Below are positions 1-8,424 of a DNA stretch of 64,000 bases, piece after piece. Numbering within the stretch: the stretch's first letter is position 1; each line of letters begins with the position of its first letter. The DNA is taken from the IMG/VR virus record IMGVR_UViG_3300005260_000047. One strand, 5' to 3'. The stretch is from a virus (taxonomy: Duplodnaviria > Heunggongvirae > Uroviricota > Caudoviricetes). The translations under genes were made by a program, and so were the position numbers. The notes beneath the pieces are model-generated. The model had not been told where the DNA came from, made no database searches, and worked only from the letters and a program-made list of their open reading frames with translations.

Positions 1-1252
1 CTGCTTTTGCTTGCAAAAGAGCGTTGACGCGCTCGAAATCGTATGCCTTTGCCACGCCGGATGAGTTGTCGATACCGGCTGCGTTGTCTTCCTTGGTGCG
101 CTCGCCAGCCAGGCCGACCGTGTGGTAAATCTCGTTGATGATCTTGGAAATCACCGCCAGGATCACATGCGCCTGCTTCGGATCCGGCGACAGATAAAAC
201 GGTTGCGCGCCGCCCTCGCCGTCATACAGGAAGGTGCGATTGGTTCCCATTTCGACCAGCTTGGTGTAATTGTCCTCGCCAGGCAGCACGTTCTGTGCCG
301 GCATGGCCAGTTGGGAAAAGGTTTGATCCTGGATAATAGCGTCCAGGTTGGACAGGTAGTTCGCGCAGGCGCGATCCAGGTAAGCGATATCGTCAATCAG
401 CGAAGGCGATGTGAACTCCTCATCCGAAATGATGTTGTCATGCAAAATGACCGGCACTTCGCCCAGGTTATGTTCGCCGTGATCCACGATCACAACCACC
501 GACTTTCCGCCTTTGGTCTTTTGCTCTTCCAGCAGCGACCATTCCGTCTTTGTCCACAGTCGATAGCGCGGACGCACCTCTCCGGAAGAGCTTAACGGAT
601 CTTCGTCGTCGCGCTTGCTCTCTAAGACCAGGATCCAGTTCAGTTCGCCATTGTCATCCTTGGAGTAGTCGAGCAACTGCTTGGGGCCGACGATATAGGC
701 ATAAGTCTTGACGCCAAGCTTTCTTTCGTCCGCCCTGGAAATCGCGCTGCCGGAAGCGGCCGTGTTATCGACCACAATGCCGATACGACCGAGCGTAGAC
801 GCTTTTTTCGATGCCTGACGCATGAAGTCACGGATCTCAAGACCGTAGCGGGTGGAACTCTCCCAGAAGCGTTTAACGCTGTCAGGGGCGTCAACTTCAT
901 TGCGCGTGATGTTTTGCTTGAACAGATATTTGTTGACCAGATCAACCACTTCGCGGGTATGGTTAAAGCGATAGCAGCGCTTGATGCGATCGGCATATTC
1001 GCCTTCGCCTTCCTTGATGTAACGGAAAATGTTGCCGTCGTTGAACCAGTCGCGACCGCCCTCGTAGGTATCCTCCAGAAAATCCCAATGCCCCAGGTTT
1101 TCCTGGTATTCGGGGTGGCGACGCTCAATCAAATACCGCAGCTTCTTTTGCTCGGCATTCATGACTGGCGCGGTTGCCGCGCTAACCGAATTCGGATCGA
1201 CAATACCGACATTGCCAGTCTGCGGAAGGGGGCGGGTCTGTGTCATTTTCAT
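1..1252 (-). CDS. Structural protein, probably portal (partial; the 3' end runs off the window start)
   Basis: Stop-free minus-strand frame from ATG at 1252 to position 1, spot-translated by hand at three places (MKMTQTRPLPQTGNVGIVDP..., ...DDNGELNWILVLESKRDDE..., ...LAVISKIINEIYHTVGLAGE). It sits immediately downstream of terS-terL in the same orientation. The plus-strand ORFs in the track here (122..595, 914..1267, 1161..2429) look non-coding. Confidence 0.45.
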   Translation of the reverse strand, partial: MKMTQTRPLPQTGNVGIVDPNSVSAATAPVMNAEQKKLRYLIERRHPEYQENLGHWDFLEDTYEGGRDWFNDGNIFRYIKEGEGEYADRIKRCYRFNHTREVVDLVNKYLFKQNITRNEVDAPDSVKRFWESSTRYGLEIRDFMRQASKKASTLGRIGIVVDNTAASGSAISRADERKLGVKTYAYIVGPKQLLDYSKDDNGELNWILVLESKRDDEDPLSSSGEVRPRYRLWTKTEWSLLEEQKTKGGKSVVVIVDHGEHNLGEVPVILHDNIISDEEFTSPSLIDDIAYLDRACANYLSNLDAIIQDQTFSQLAMPAQNVLPGEDNYTKLVEMGTNRTFLYDGEGGAQPFYLSPDPKQAHVILAVISKIINEIYHTVGLAGERTKEDNAAGIDNSSGVAKAYDFERVNALLQAKA

Positions 1253-1292
1253 AGCTTTGGATACTAACTCAGTGGTGACTTATATGTCAAGC

Positions 1293-2537
1293 CTATCGAG
1301 ACAGGCCGCCAATCTCTACTTTGCGCACCGGATATTCCAGCTCGATGCAATAGCCGCCGGCGTCGGCGGAGTGTTCCACGCCGGCCGCCTTGTCTACATC
1401 GCGCGTGCCAGGCTTGTAAATGGTTTGTTCCAGCGCGTTGATGAAATGCTTGCAGCGCGCATCGACCTTCAACCGTACCGTGCCGTCGGCCGCCTTCAGC
1501 ATCCTGTTTACGGCATTGACGCGGTCAGCCACGAACGGATGCTTGCGGCGGTATTTGATGCGCTTGAAGCCTTTTTCTCGCAGGATGTCCAGGTCGGTCT
1601 CGCCGCGGGCGTGCTGGCGCTGGCCGCCGGCGGGGTCAGGGTAGACCACGATCTGCACCTGCTGACGCCAGTAGCGCTTCTCCAGCTCTTCGCAGACCTC
1701 TTCCGTGTTGGATCCGAACAGTACGATCTCATCCACCGCCCACAACTCACCGTTTTTCTGCGGCTGAAAAATCACCGCAGACATCGGGTCGATGTTGAAG
1801 TCCATACCAACCCAGATCGGCAGCTTCGGATTGAAGGCGTATTGGTCAACATGCTCGTTGCGGTCGAACGGATAGTAGACGCGGCCGGACATGGTTTCGA
1901 AGGATGCTTCAAACTCCTGCTTGAAGGATTTCTCGTCCATGTCGGCGCGCGCCGCCTCGATCTCGGACACAGGGATGAACGGCGACGTGATGGTCGGGAA
2001 TTGCCAGGACTCCCACAGTCCGCGCGTGACGTTCTTCGGATCCTGCCCCTTCTGGTAAATCGTGTAGAGGTAGTTGTAAGCCTTGGGCGTGCCGATGAAG
2101 ATTGCGTGGCCGCGGCGGTCAGCCAGCGTCGGGCGCAGGACTTTTGTCCAGGTGTCCTCGTCAATATCCTGGAATTCGTCCAGCACCAGAAAGTCCACGC
2201 CCACGCCGCGCAGCGAATCGCCCTTGTCGGCGCCCTTCAGTTCGATGCGGGTGCCGTTGACCAGCGTGATCGCCATATTGGTCTCGTTGACCTTGCGAAT
2301 CCAGCGCTTCGGGATAGCCTCCAGCAGATCGTTCCACATGATCTGCTTGGCCATCTTGTAGGTCGGCGCCACGTACCAGATTTTCGACTTCCGTTTTTTG
2401 GCGCGGGTAATGATCAGCACGCGGGATAATGCCGTCTTACCCCACCGGCGGCCGGCGACGACGACGCGAAAGCGCGCCGACGACTTGTAGACCGTCATCT
2501 GCTTGGGATGCAGCCGCAACGTGCTTCGCATCGCCAT
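1293..2537 (-). CDS. terL: Terminase large subunit (ATPase + nuclease)
   Basis: Walker A 'VVAGRRWGKTAL' and Walker B 'FLVLDEFQDI'. The C-terminal RNaseH-like nuclease region carries acidic residues. ATG at 2537, 1 nt after the terS stop. The track ORF 1293..2633 carries a non-coding-looking 32-aa N-terminal extension. Confidence 0.9.
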   Translation of the reverse strand: MAMRSTLRLHPKQMTVYKSSARFRVVVAGRRWGKTALSRVLIITRAKKRKSKIWYVAPTYKMAKQIMWNDLLEAIPKRWIRKVNETNMAITLVNGTRIELKGADKGDSLRGVGVDFLVLDEFQDIDEDTWTKVLRPTLADRRGHAIFIGTPKAYNYLYTIYQKGQDPKNVTRGLWESWQFPTITSPFIPVSEIEAARADMDEKSFKQEFEASFETMSGRVYYPFDRNEHVDQYAFNPKLPIWVGMDFNIDPMSAVIFQPQKNGELWAVDEIVLFGSNTEEVCEELEKRYWRQQVQIVVYPDPAGGQRQHARGETDLDILREKGFKRIKYRRKHPFVADRVNAVNRMLKAADGTVRLKVDARCKHFINALEQTIYKPGTRDVDKAAGVEHSADAGGYCIELEYPVRKVEIGGLSR

Positions 2538-2538
2538 G

Positions 2539-3168
2539 TCAGTCTTCCCTCTCCTCGACCACGCCGTTGTCGCCGTCAGGCCCGTCAGCCGGATCCTGCA
2601 CCGTCGGCAAGTCATCCAGGCCGGCATCGTCACGCTCGCGCAATTCCTGAATCTGCTCAGCGGTCAGCTCGGAAATGACCAATTCCGGCAGTTCGTCCGG
2701 ATCCACTGCGTCCGGCTTGTCCAGACCCAGAACGGCCCATTTCTCGGCGCGCGCCTTGGAAAGAACGCTCATCGCAGCATCCAGCGTCTTGATGTTGTTC
2801 AAGGCGGTGGCGATCGGAACGTTGTCCTGTTTGGTCTTGAGGATTTCATTCCAGGTGAGCTTGCCGATGGCGGATGCCATCTTGTAATGCTCTTCCTTGG
2901 TTTCCCTGATGCGCGCAGCCTGCACGGTTGCTTCATCGACTGCGGCTGCGGCCAGCTTTTCCTCGACCTTCTTCTTGGTGGCGGCTGCCTTGGCGCCCTT
3001 GATGACGCCATGCTTTTTGAAATGCCGCTCGAAGGTCGAGATCGACTTGCCGAACTTCTTGACCAAGTCCTCGTAAATGAAGTCGCCGGATTCCCACATG
3101 GCTTCTGCCTCGCGCCACTGCTTTGGCGTGAGGTTGCGTGTTTTCGGCTTTGTCGCGGTCTTCATCAC
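2539..3168 (-). CDS. terS: Terminase small subunit (HTH DNA-binding)
   Basis: Immediately upstream of terL. N-terminal HTH-like 'YEDLVKKFGKSISTFERHFKKHG' and an acidic C-terminus. The track start at 3168 is GTG; the in-frame ATG at 3165 has an AAGGA Shine-Dalgarno ~9 nt upstream. Confidence 0.6.
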   Translation of the reverse strand: MMKTATKPKTRNLTPKQWREAEAMWESGDFIYEDLVKKFGKSISTFERHFKKHGVIKGAKAAATKKKVEEKLAAAAVDEATVQAARIRETKEEHYKMASAIGKLTWNEILKTKQDNVPIATALNNIKTLDAAMSVLSKARAEKWAVLGLDKPDAVDPDELPELVISELTAEQIQELRERDDAGLDDLPTVQDPADGPDGDNGVVEERED

Positions 3169-3184
3169 GTCTTATCCTTTAGGC

Positions 3185-3212
3185 AAAAAAAATGGGCGCT
3201 AGGGAAGGCGCC
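3185..3212 (-). terminator. Rho-independent terminator (GGCGCC-loop-GGCGCC hairpin plus U8) between the 3271..3630 gene and terS
   Basis: Plus strand 'aaaaaaaatgGGCGCtagggaaGGCGCC'. On the minus strand the hairpin is followed by T8. Confidence 0.55.
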
Positions 3213-3234
3213 CAAGGAGAACGTATGAAACGAA

Positions 3235-3263
3235 TCTTGGGCTGGACTATATTGCATTTAAGG
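3235..3263 (-). promoter_or_regulatory. Sigma70-like promoter (TTGACA-N17-TATAGT) overlapping a palindromic operator and lying just upstream of the terminator above
   Basis: Minus strand reads AAGTCATCGGTGACTTGACAggagtccttaaatgcaaTATAGT. The -35 overlaps the right arm of the AAGTCA-N4-TGACTT site at 3273..3288. Confidence 0.4.
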
Positions 3264-3270
3264 ACTCCTG

Positions 3271-3630
3271 TCAAGTCACCGATGACTTATCTTCGGTAAT
3301 GACGAAATGCAGCGCTACGGCGGCGGCCGCGGCTTGCGTCTTTTGCGGCGTCGTTACCGCCACCATGCCGGCATGGTCGAAAATGCAAACCCACTTTCGC
3401 CCCGTAGTCGGCTTGATGTAGGCTTGCACGCCGCGCAACTCCAGGCATTCGAGCGCATGATCGGCCCACGCGCAGAAATCCGGAACCGAGGACAGCTCAA
3501 GGGCGGCAGCAATCGCCTGGTTGAGTTTGGGGCCGGCAGCAATCTCGCTCCCGACCTCCAGCACTTCCAGTTCCGCGCCCTTCTGGCTCCCGACGCTTGG
3601 GTGTTCCAACTGTTTTTCTAAAATATTCAT
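3271..3630 (-). CDS. Hypothetical protein
   Basis: 119-aa ORF that is first after the late-promoter-like region. No recognisable motifs. Confidence 0.5.
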   Translation of the reverse strand: MNILEKQLEHPSVGSQKGAELEVLEVGSEIAAGPKLNQAIAAALELSSVPDFCAWADHALECLELRGVQAYIKPTTGRKWVCIFDHAGMVAVTTPQKTQAAAAAVALHFVITEDKSSVT

Positions 3631-3742
3631 TACTTCTTTATTCAGTCATTACTTACTTATATAGTATTTATAGAAGCGGGTTGTGACTCCCAAGTAAATT
3701 CCCCTTCCTTATGAAAGGGGTTGGGACTCCCAAGTGTTTTTG
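3631..3742 (-). promoter_or_regulatory. Late-promoter-like region: 2x 18-bp direct repeat GGGTTG(T/G)GACTCCCAAGT flanking a CCCCTT/AAGGGG hairpin, followed by a 19-bp block TATATAGTATTTATAGAAG
   Basis: Direct repeats at 3677..3694 and 3719..3736. The block at 3658..3676 is repeated exactly at 14171..14189. On the minus strand it reads CTTC-TATAAAT-ACTATATAA, which is -10-like. Confidence 0.5.
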
Positions 3743-4090
3743 CTATTCCAACACTTCCTCAAGGATGGTTTCGTCTGCGGATTCGATGATCGAGGCGCCG
3801 GCTTTGGAACCCATTCCAACCATCTGACGCCCCAACTCGGTCGCCCCAATTACCACCCGCATGCGGTTGCGGCGCTTTTCCATCCCCAATTTTTCGATAA
3901 ATCCGTGCTTGATCAGCGCGCGGATCGAAAACTGAATGCTTTGCTTGGTGGTTTCGTACCTGACCCGCTCCAGGATCTCATCCAGGTCGGCCGGCTGCAT
4001 GGCGCCAGGCTTGTCCGGATGAGGGCCGTTGCCCTTGGCGATTACGGTCAGCAGTTCGATCTGCTTGACGGTCAAGCTCATCTTGCTCAT
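3743..4090 (-). CDS. Winged-helix-like DNA-binding protein (putative transcriptional regulator)
   Basis: A helix-turn-wing-like segment 'LDEILERVRYETTKQSIQFSIRALIKHGFIEKLG'. The ATG at 4090 overlaps the upstream gene's stop in an ATGA arrangement. The track ORF extends to 4111. Confidence 0.4.
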   Translation of the reverse strand: MSKMSLTVKQIELLTVIAKGNGPHPDKPGAMQPADLDEILERVRYETTKQSIQFSIRALIKHGFIEKLGMEKRRNRMRVVIGATELGRQMVGMGSKAGASIIESADETILEEVLE

Positions 4091-5073
4091 GTTTCTTCCT
4101 TTTCTCCCCAATCCTCATCGGATTCGGGGTCAACAATGTCAGTGGTAATCTGGATCCGGCTTAATTGTTCCGCAGCGCGCGCAACATCCAATAGTGCGTC
4201 AACCGGCTGGTTGTCGAAAGCGATCAGCGGCAGCCGCGGCGGCAGCGCATGCTTGCCGAAGTCGGGATTGGCGAACACGCCATACAGCGGGCTGGCCAGG
4301 ACGAGCTGCTGCAATGATTTGATCAGGTAGCCGACTTCCATGCCTTCGACCCGACTGGTGCCGTTGGCGCGGTTGTCGCCGCTTTTCTCCATCGCCGAGC
4401 AGGTGTAATAGAACTTGCGCATTTCAGCGATACACTTGTCTCGCACCGGCGCCGGCATCGCATCGAGTTCCTGCTTTATGCCGACATAGTCCATCGGCAT
4501 GGATTCAAACCAGCGCGCAAAAAAGCGCAAACCCTTCTCGTAATTGGAAGAGCGGCTTGGCTTGGTAAAGCGCATGCCGGCCTTGGCTGCAAACGGGTTG
4601 AACTTGCTCATTGAGGACTGAAACTCAACAATGCGGCAGCCTGTCATGCGCATCATCAGACTTTGCATGCGGTAGGCAATGCCGGCGCCGCGGAACATGG
4701 TGTCCAGAACGAGCCGGCTGTTGGTGCAGATATGCGCGTTCAACCAGAGCGCGCGGTGGCGGTTAATCAGCTTGGTATCGCGTCCATTCGTGTTCGGGCG
4801 CATATGGGGCATCACCTTGTTGCGACCGCCCAAAAGCATCTTCGGCACTGTCATGACGCCCACGCCGATGACCTGCCCGTCCAGCATGGCGCGGTAGACC
4901 CTGGGGCCGATCCCCAGGTTTTCCGCCTTGTAGTGCAGCTCATGCAGCAAATCCCAATCTGCCTTGGTGCCGCGCTCGATGTAGATACGCGGCAAAAGCG
5001 ACAGCGAGTGCCTTTTTGGCGGTTCGCGCCGCTCGATTAGCACATCCTGGTTGTCCGCAACGATGGTGTGCAT
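4087..5073 (-). CDS. Hypothetical protein (329 aa) paired with a downstream ABC-type ATPase
   Basis: Start MHTIVADNQ at 5073. The track ORF runs to 5172, but the extra N-terminal residues are Arg/Pro-rich and look non-coding. No confident family assignment. Confidence 0.5.
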   Translation of the reverse strand: MHTIVADNQDVLIERREPPKRHSLSLLPRIYIERGTKADWDLLHELHYKAENLGIGPRVYRAMLDGQVIGVGVMTVPKMLLGGRNKVMPHMRPNTNGRDTKLINRHRALWLNAHICTNSRLVLDTMFRGAGIAYRMQSLMMRMTGCRIVEFQSSMSKFNPFAAKAGMRFTKPSRSSNYEKGLRFFARWFESMPMDYVGIKQELDAMPAPVRDKCIAEMRKFYYTCSAMEKSGDNRANGTSRVEGMEVGYLIKSLQQLVLASPLYGVFANPDFGKHALPPRLPLIAFDNQPVDALLDVARAAEQLSRIQITTDIVDPESDEDWGEKEET

Positions 5074-5352
5074 GATGTTACTTGCCCTTGGCCGGCGTGA
5101 CTGGCGGCTTGACGGTGGCGGGGTCGCGCGGCAGCTTCTTCGATACGTCAGTTTGGCCATTGCGGCGCGCAACCTCTTCTGCGATGCGGGTGGCCGGATT
5201 GGGCTTTTTAGGAAATTGCATGATTACTCCAGGTGAAATATCAAGAATCGGTTACGCCGCGACCATGTCGCCGCCGCTAAAGTCATCGTCGTCAAACAGC
5301 TTGGTCAGAAAATCGACAATGAAAAAGAAAATAATCGATGCCATATCGTTCC

Positions 5353-6021
5353 TCACGATGCGGTGGCGGCGTCCGCCTTGTATCCTTCCGGCGCGCGCAC
5401 GATCTTGATCTTCTCGCGGTAGCGCTTTTCGATGTAAAGGGTCGGCGCCAGGTCGTCAACCATGTCGTGATGGGTGGTTGCCACCAGCAGTGTGGCGCCG
5501 ACGCTTCTGGCCACTTTCTGAAGGTTGAAGGCGATCACCTTGGCGGTCGTGCGATCCAGCACCGCCAGGAATTCGTCAGCGGCCCAGACTTTCGCGCCGG
5601 ATTCGATGATTTTGGCCAGGCGGAAGCGGTAGCGCTGGCCGTCGGACAGTTCGGCCGGCTTGCGAATGTAGAGATAGGCGTCATTGATGCCGGCGATCGC
5701 CAGAAAATTCAGCGCCTCTTGCGTGGTCTTTCCGATCTGGTCGATTAGCGGCGCATCCAAGAGCGGCACTTTGTCGATATCGACCACTGACAAGCCTTGC
5801 TGCGTCATCTGTGCGGCCAGCTCGCGCAAGACGGTCGATTTGCCGGCGCCGGACTGGCCGGTCACATACACCACGTCGCCCTGCTCGATCTCGATCGGCT
5901 GATTGTCGAACACCACGAATTCCTTGTCGTCCAGCCCCAGGCCAAAGGCTTCGGCGATCTCCAGCACGCGCGGCGTGCGCTGCACTTCGGTGTGGAAACG
6001 CTTGTCAACGGTATAGATCAT
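5353..6021 (-). CDS. ABC-type ATPase, single nucleotide-binding domain with no transmembrane domain
   Basis: Walker A 'GQSGAGKST', ABC signature 'LSDGQRYR', Walker B/D-loop 'VWAADEFLAVLD' and H-loop 'VATTHH'. Confidence 0.8.
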   Translation of the reverse strand: MIYTVDKRFHTEVQRTPRVLEIAEAFGLGLDDKEFVVFDNQPIEIEQGDVVYVTGQSGAGKSTVLRELAAQMTQQGLSVVDIDKVPLLDAPLIDQIGKTTQEALNFLAIAGINDAYLYIRKPAELSDGQRYRFRLAKIIESGAKVWAADEFLAVLDRTTAKVIAFNLQKVARSVGATLLVATTHHDMVDDLAPTLYIEKRYREKIKIVRAPEGYKADAATAS

Positions 6022-6252
6022 TTTTCATCCCACATTTTCAGCACATCGACCGGCGTTAGTGTTGTAATTTCTGTCTGCGGCAGCTTGTAGCTGGCATGCG
6101 CATAAGCGCGCACCAGCGCCCACTTGACGACGCGGCGCGGCAACAGGTGGTAAGCAATCCAGGACGTGATCAAGTCTTTCATTTTCATCGTGTCTTTCTC
6201 AGTTCGCGCCAGGCGTGATGCAGCCACGTTTCCAGCTTCGGGTTGTCGAGCA

Positions 6253-6537
6253 TCACCTGCATCCGCCGTTTGCCGACTGGCAGGCGATGGTTTCTTCTTC
6301 TTCGGCGCCGTCGGCAATCCCGTAGGAGTGATTCACCGCGTGGCCGATTTCATGAATCAGCGTGTTGACGAAGCGGTCGAGCGTCGATTCGCCATCGAGC
6401 AAGATCCGGCAGTCGTCAAAGAACGTCATGCCGTAGTTCTCGCCCAAGTCCGGCGCGCCGCTTTGCACCAGATGGATTGCAAAGGTGAAAGAACCTACCT
6501 TGACGCGCGCCGGCAGCTTGGCAATTAAGTCATTCAT
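6253..6537 (-). CDS. Small HExxH zinc-metallopeptidase-like protein
   Basis: 'LIHEIGHAVNHSYG' HExxH motif in a 94-aa ORF. It resembles ImmA/SprT-like minimal peptidases. Confidence 0.45.
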   Translation of the reverse strand: MNDLIAKLPARVKVGSFTFAIHLVQSGAPDLGENYGMTFFDDCRILLDGESTLDRFVNTLIHEIGHAVNHSYGIADGAEEEETIACQSANGGCR

Positions 6538-7178
6538 GACTTACCAGCCATGACGCGACAAAACTGCACAAAGGCGTCGGCGCCAGTCATGCCCGTATCC
6601 GCCTCGATCAAGGCCATCGCCGTGGCGACGACGCGCTCGTCTGCCCCCTTGATGGCTTTAAAACCAAGCGCCTTGGCGATCTGCACCGGCTTGTCGGCCG
6701 CCGCAGCGATGGTCGTCTTGGTTTCTTCCGCCTGCTGATTGATTTCAGCGTCCAGGTCGTCAACGAAGGCTGACGTATCGATCTCGCCAAGGTCGGCAAC
6801 GACGAACTTCAGTTCCTTTTCATCGAAGAAGCCTTCGAGCGAAAAATCCAGCGACGCCAGCTCTTTTTGCAGGATGTCGGTGTCGATATTGGAGATCGCC
6901 ACGCGGTTGTCCGCCAGGCGCAGCGCGCGCGCCTGCTCTACCGTCAAGTCGTCGCGCACCAATACCGGCACCTTGTCCATGCCAAGCGAGAGTGCCGCCA
7001 GGCGCCGGCCGTGTCCGGCGATGATCACGCCTTTGCTGTCAACGACGATCGGCTGCGTCCATCCGAATTCCTTGATCGATTTGGCGATCTTCTTGATTTG
7101 CGCGTCGTCATGGGTCTTGGCGTTCAATTCATAGGGAATGACGCGCTCGATTTCCCAGACTTGGATATTCGGTTTCAT
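6534..7178 (-). CDS. ParB-like nuclease / ParB-N (sulfiredoxin-fold) domain protein
   Basis: ParB-N arginine-rich motif 'IIAGHGRRLAAL'. The real start is MKPNIQVWEIERV at 7178; the track ORF to 7451 is over-extended. Confidence 0.8.
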   Translation of the reverse strand: MKPNIQVWEIERVIPYELNAKTHDDAQIKKIAKSIKEFGWTQPIVVDSKGVIIAGHGRRLAALSLGMDKVPVLVRDDLTVEQARALRLADNRVAISNIDTDILQKELASLDFSLEGFFDEKELKFVVADLGEIDTSAFVDDLDAEINQQAEETKTTIAAAADKPVQIAKALGFKAIKGADERVVATAMALIEADTGMTGADAFVQFCRVMAGKS

Positions 7179-7354
7179 GAAAATACTTTCAGCAAAAGGC
7201 AAATGACCCATGCGAATGCGGCCATGCCGCCGCAGGCTAACCAAACAATCGACGCGAGCGCGGCGATATACAGGTCGCGCGCCGTCAGCATCCACACCAG
7301 ACACAGGATAGACAGAACGGTCAAAAGCGTTGGGAAAATCCACCAGGCGATCAT
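7177..7354 (-). CDS. Small hydrophobic membrane protein (58 aa), translationally coupled to the ParB-like gene
   Basis: Hand translation gives MIAWWIFPTLLTVLSILCLVWMLTARDLYIAALASIVWLACGGMAAFAWVICLLLKVFS. The stop TGA overlaps the ATG of 6534..7178. It is below the 60-aa cutoff of the ORF track. Confidence 0.35.
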
Positions 7355-7581
7355 TGGACGCGCACCTCTTCATTGGTTTGGATCCATACCCGCGCACCGC
7401 ACGATAGCGGCTTATTCGGCTGGTAGACCACTTCGGCCACGACACGGCCATCCACGACGATCTGGGCGGTTGTGGCGCGACGGTTCCGCTTGTAATCCTT
7501 GACTGTCAGCGGCGGGTTCTGCACGCCGGTCTTGGTGTTGTCCTTGATGACATGCTGGTTGACGTGAATGATGGTTTTCAC
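7351..7581 (-). CDS. Hypothetical protein
   Basis: 76-aa ORF in the operon, with 4-nt overlaps to both neighbours. Confidence 0.45.
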   Translation of the reverse strand: MKTIIHVNQHVIKDNTKTGVQNPPLTVKDYKRNRRATTAQIVVDGRVVAEVVYQPNKPLSCGARVWIQTNEEVRVQ

Positions 7582-7760
7582 GCTGCCTCCTTGACTGGCT
7601 GAAAAAATCGGATGTTCTTCAAGTCATGAACGCCGAGTTCTTCGGACTCGTCGGTCGGCTCGAAATTGTCGCCATCCTCGCAGTCGTCACACTCGCCGGT
7701 CTGATTGCCGCAGTTGATGCAGTCTTCGCAGAATGGATAGCCCTTGTCGCAGCGCGTCAT
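7578..7760 (-). CDS. Small Cys-rich (zinc-ribbon-like) protein
   Basis: 'CEDCINCGNQTGECDDCEDGD' forms multiple CxxC pairs. The C-terminus is acidic. Confidence 0.45.
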   Translation of the reverse strand: MTRCDKGYPFCEDCINCGNQTGECDDCEDGDNFEPTDESEELGVHDLKNIRFFQPVKEAA

Positions 7761-7761
7761 G

Positions 7762-8412
7762 TCAGACCTCCACTTGATTCAAAAGCCACACCAGCGCGTC
7801 GCCGGCATTCGTCAGTTGGTCGGAATCGGTAAAGCCCTGACGCTTCATGACTTTTTCGATCTTGGTCTGCACATCCTTGCAATCCTCGGCCGGCACCTTA
7901 AAGCGCATTACTTGATGGGTCTGCACTGCCGGCGCTTTTGCTGCGCTTGGGGCAGCCGCGCCGTCGTCATCGGGAAGATCAAGCTCATCAAGGGCTATAG
8001 TTGCACTTGAGAAGATTGACGCGAAATCCGTGTCTGAATAAGGGAGGAAAGTTGAGAGGTCTTCGGGCGTGCCAAGCTCTTCGAGCAGTGCGGCCAGCCC
8101 CAGGGTGTCGTCTGCGCCGTAGCGCGCGTTGTCGATCAGTCCGATCTCTTTGGCCTTCTGGTCATCGATATAACCGAGGTTGAAGATGGGAACTTCATGC
8201 AGTCCAATCCGGATTGCCGCATCGCGTCGGTGCGCGCCGCCGAGAATTTGCAGCGTGCCGTCATGCAAGCTGCGCACGATGATCGGCTTGATGAAGCCAT
8301 GCCGGCGCAGCGAGGCGTCGATCTTGGCCTCGTTGTCCGGCGAGACAATGTTGGTGTTCCAGGGGTTCGGCTGCAACTGGCGCGGATCGGCGGTGCTTTG
8401 CATGAGTGGCAT
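7762..8412 (-). CDS. ParB-N domain protein (second copy)
   Basis: 'LQILGGAHRRDAAIRIG' is the ParB GxxRxxA box. An acidic linker follows. No HTH is evident. Confidence 0.75.
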   Translation of the reverse strand: MPLMQSTADPRQLQPNPWNTNIVSPDNEAKIDASLRRHGFIKPIIVRSLHDGTLQILGGAHRRDAAIRIGLHEVPIFNLGYIDDQKAKEIGLIDNARYGADDTLGLAALLEELGTPEDLSTFLPYSDTDFASIFSSATIALDELDLPDDDGAAAPSAAKAPAVQTHQVMRFKVPAEDCKDVQTKIEKVMKRQGFTDSDQLTNAGDALVWLLNQVEV

Positions 8413-8424
8413 CTTATAGAATGA

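Noticed and set aside
122-1267. Track ORFs 122..595 (+), 163..396 (-), 640..1128 (-) and 914..1267 (+) at the window start
   Set aside because: All overlap a continuous stop-free minus-strand frame (portal-like) that runs off the window. Their translations are low-complexity or Arg-rich and not protein-like.
1161-3228. Long plus-strand ORFs 1161..2429 (422 aa) and 2503..3228 (241 aa)
   Set aside because: They are antisense to terL and terS, which have unambiguous motifs. They are high-GC antisense frame artefacts.
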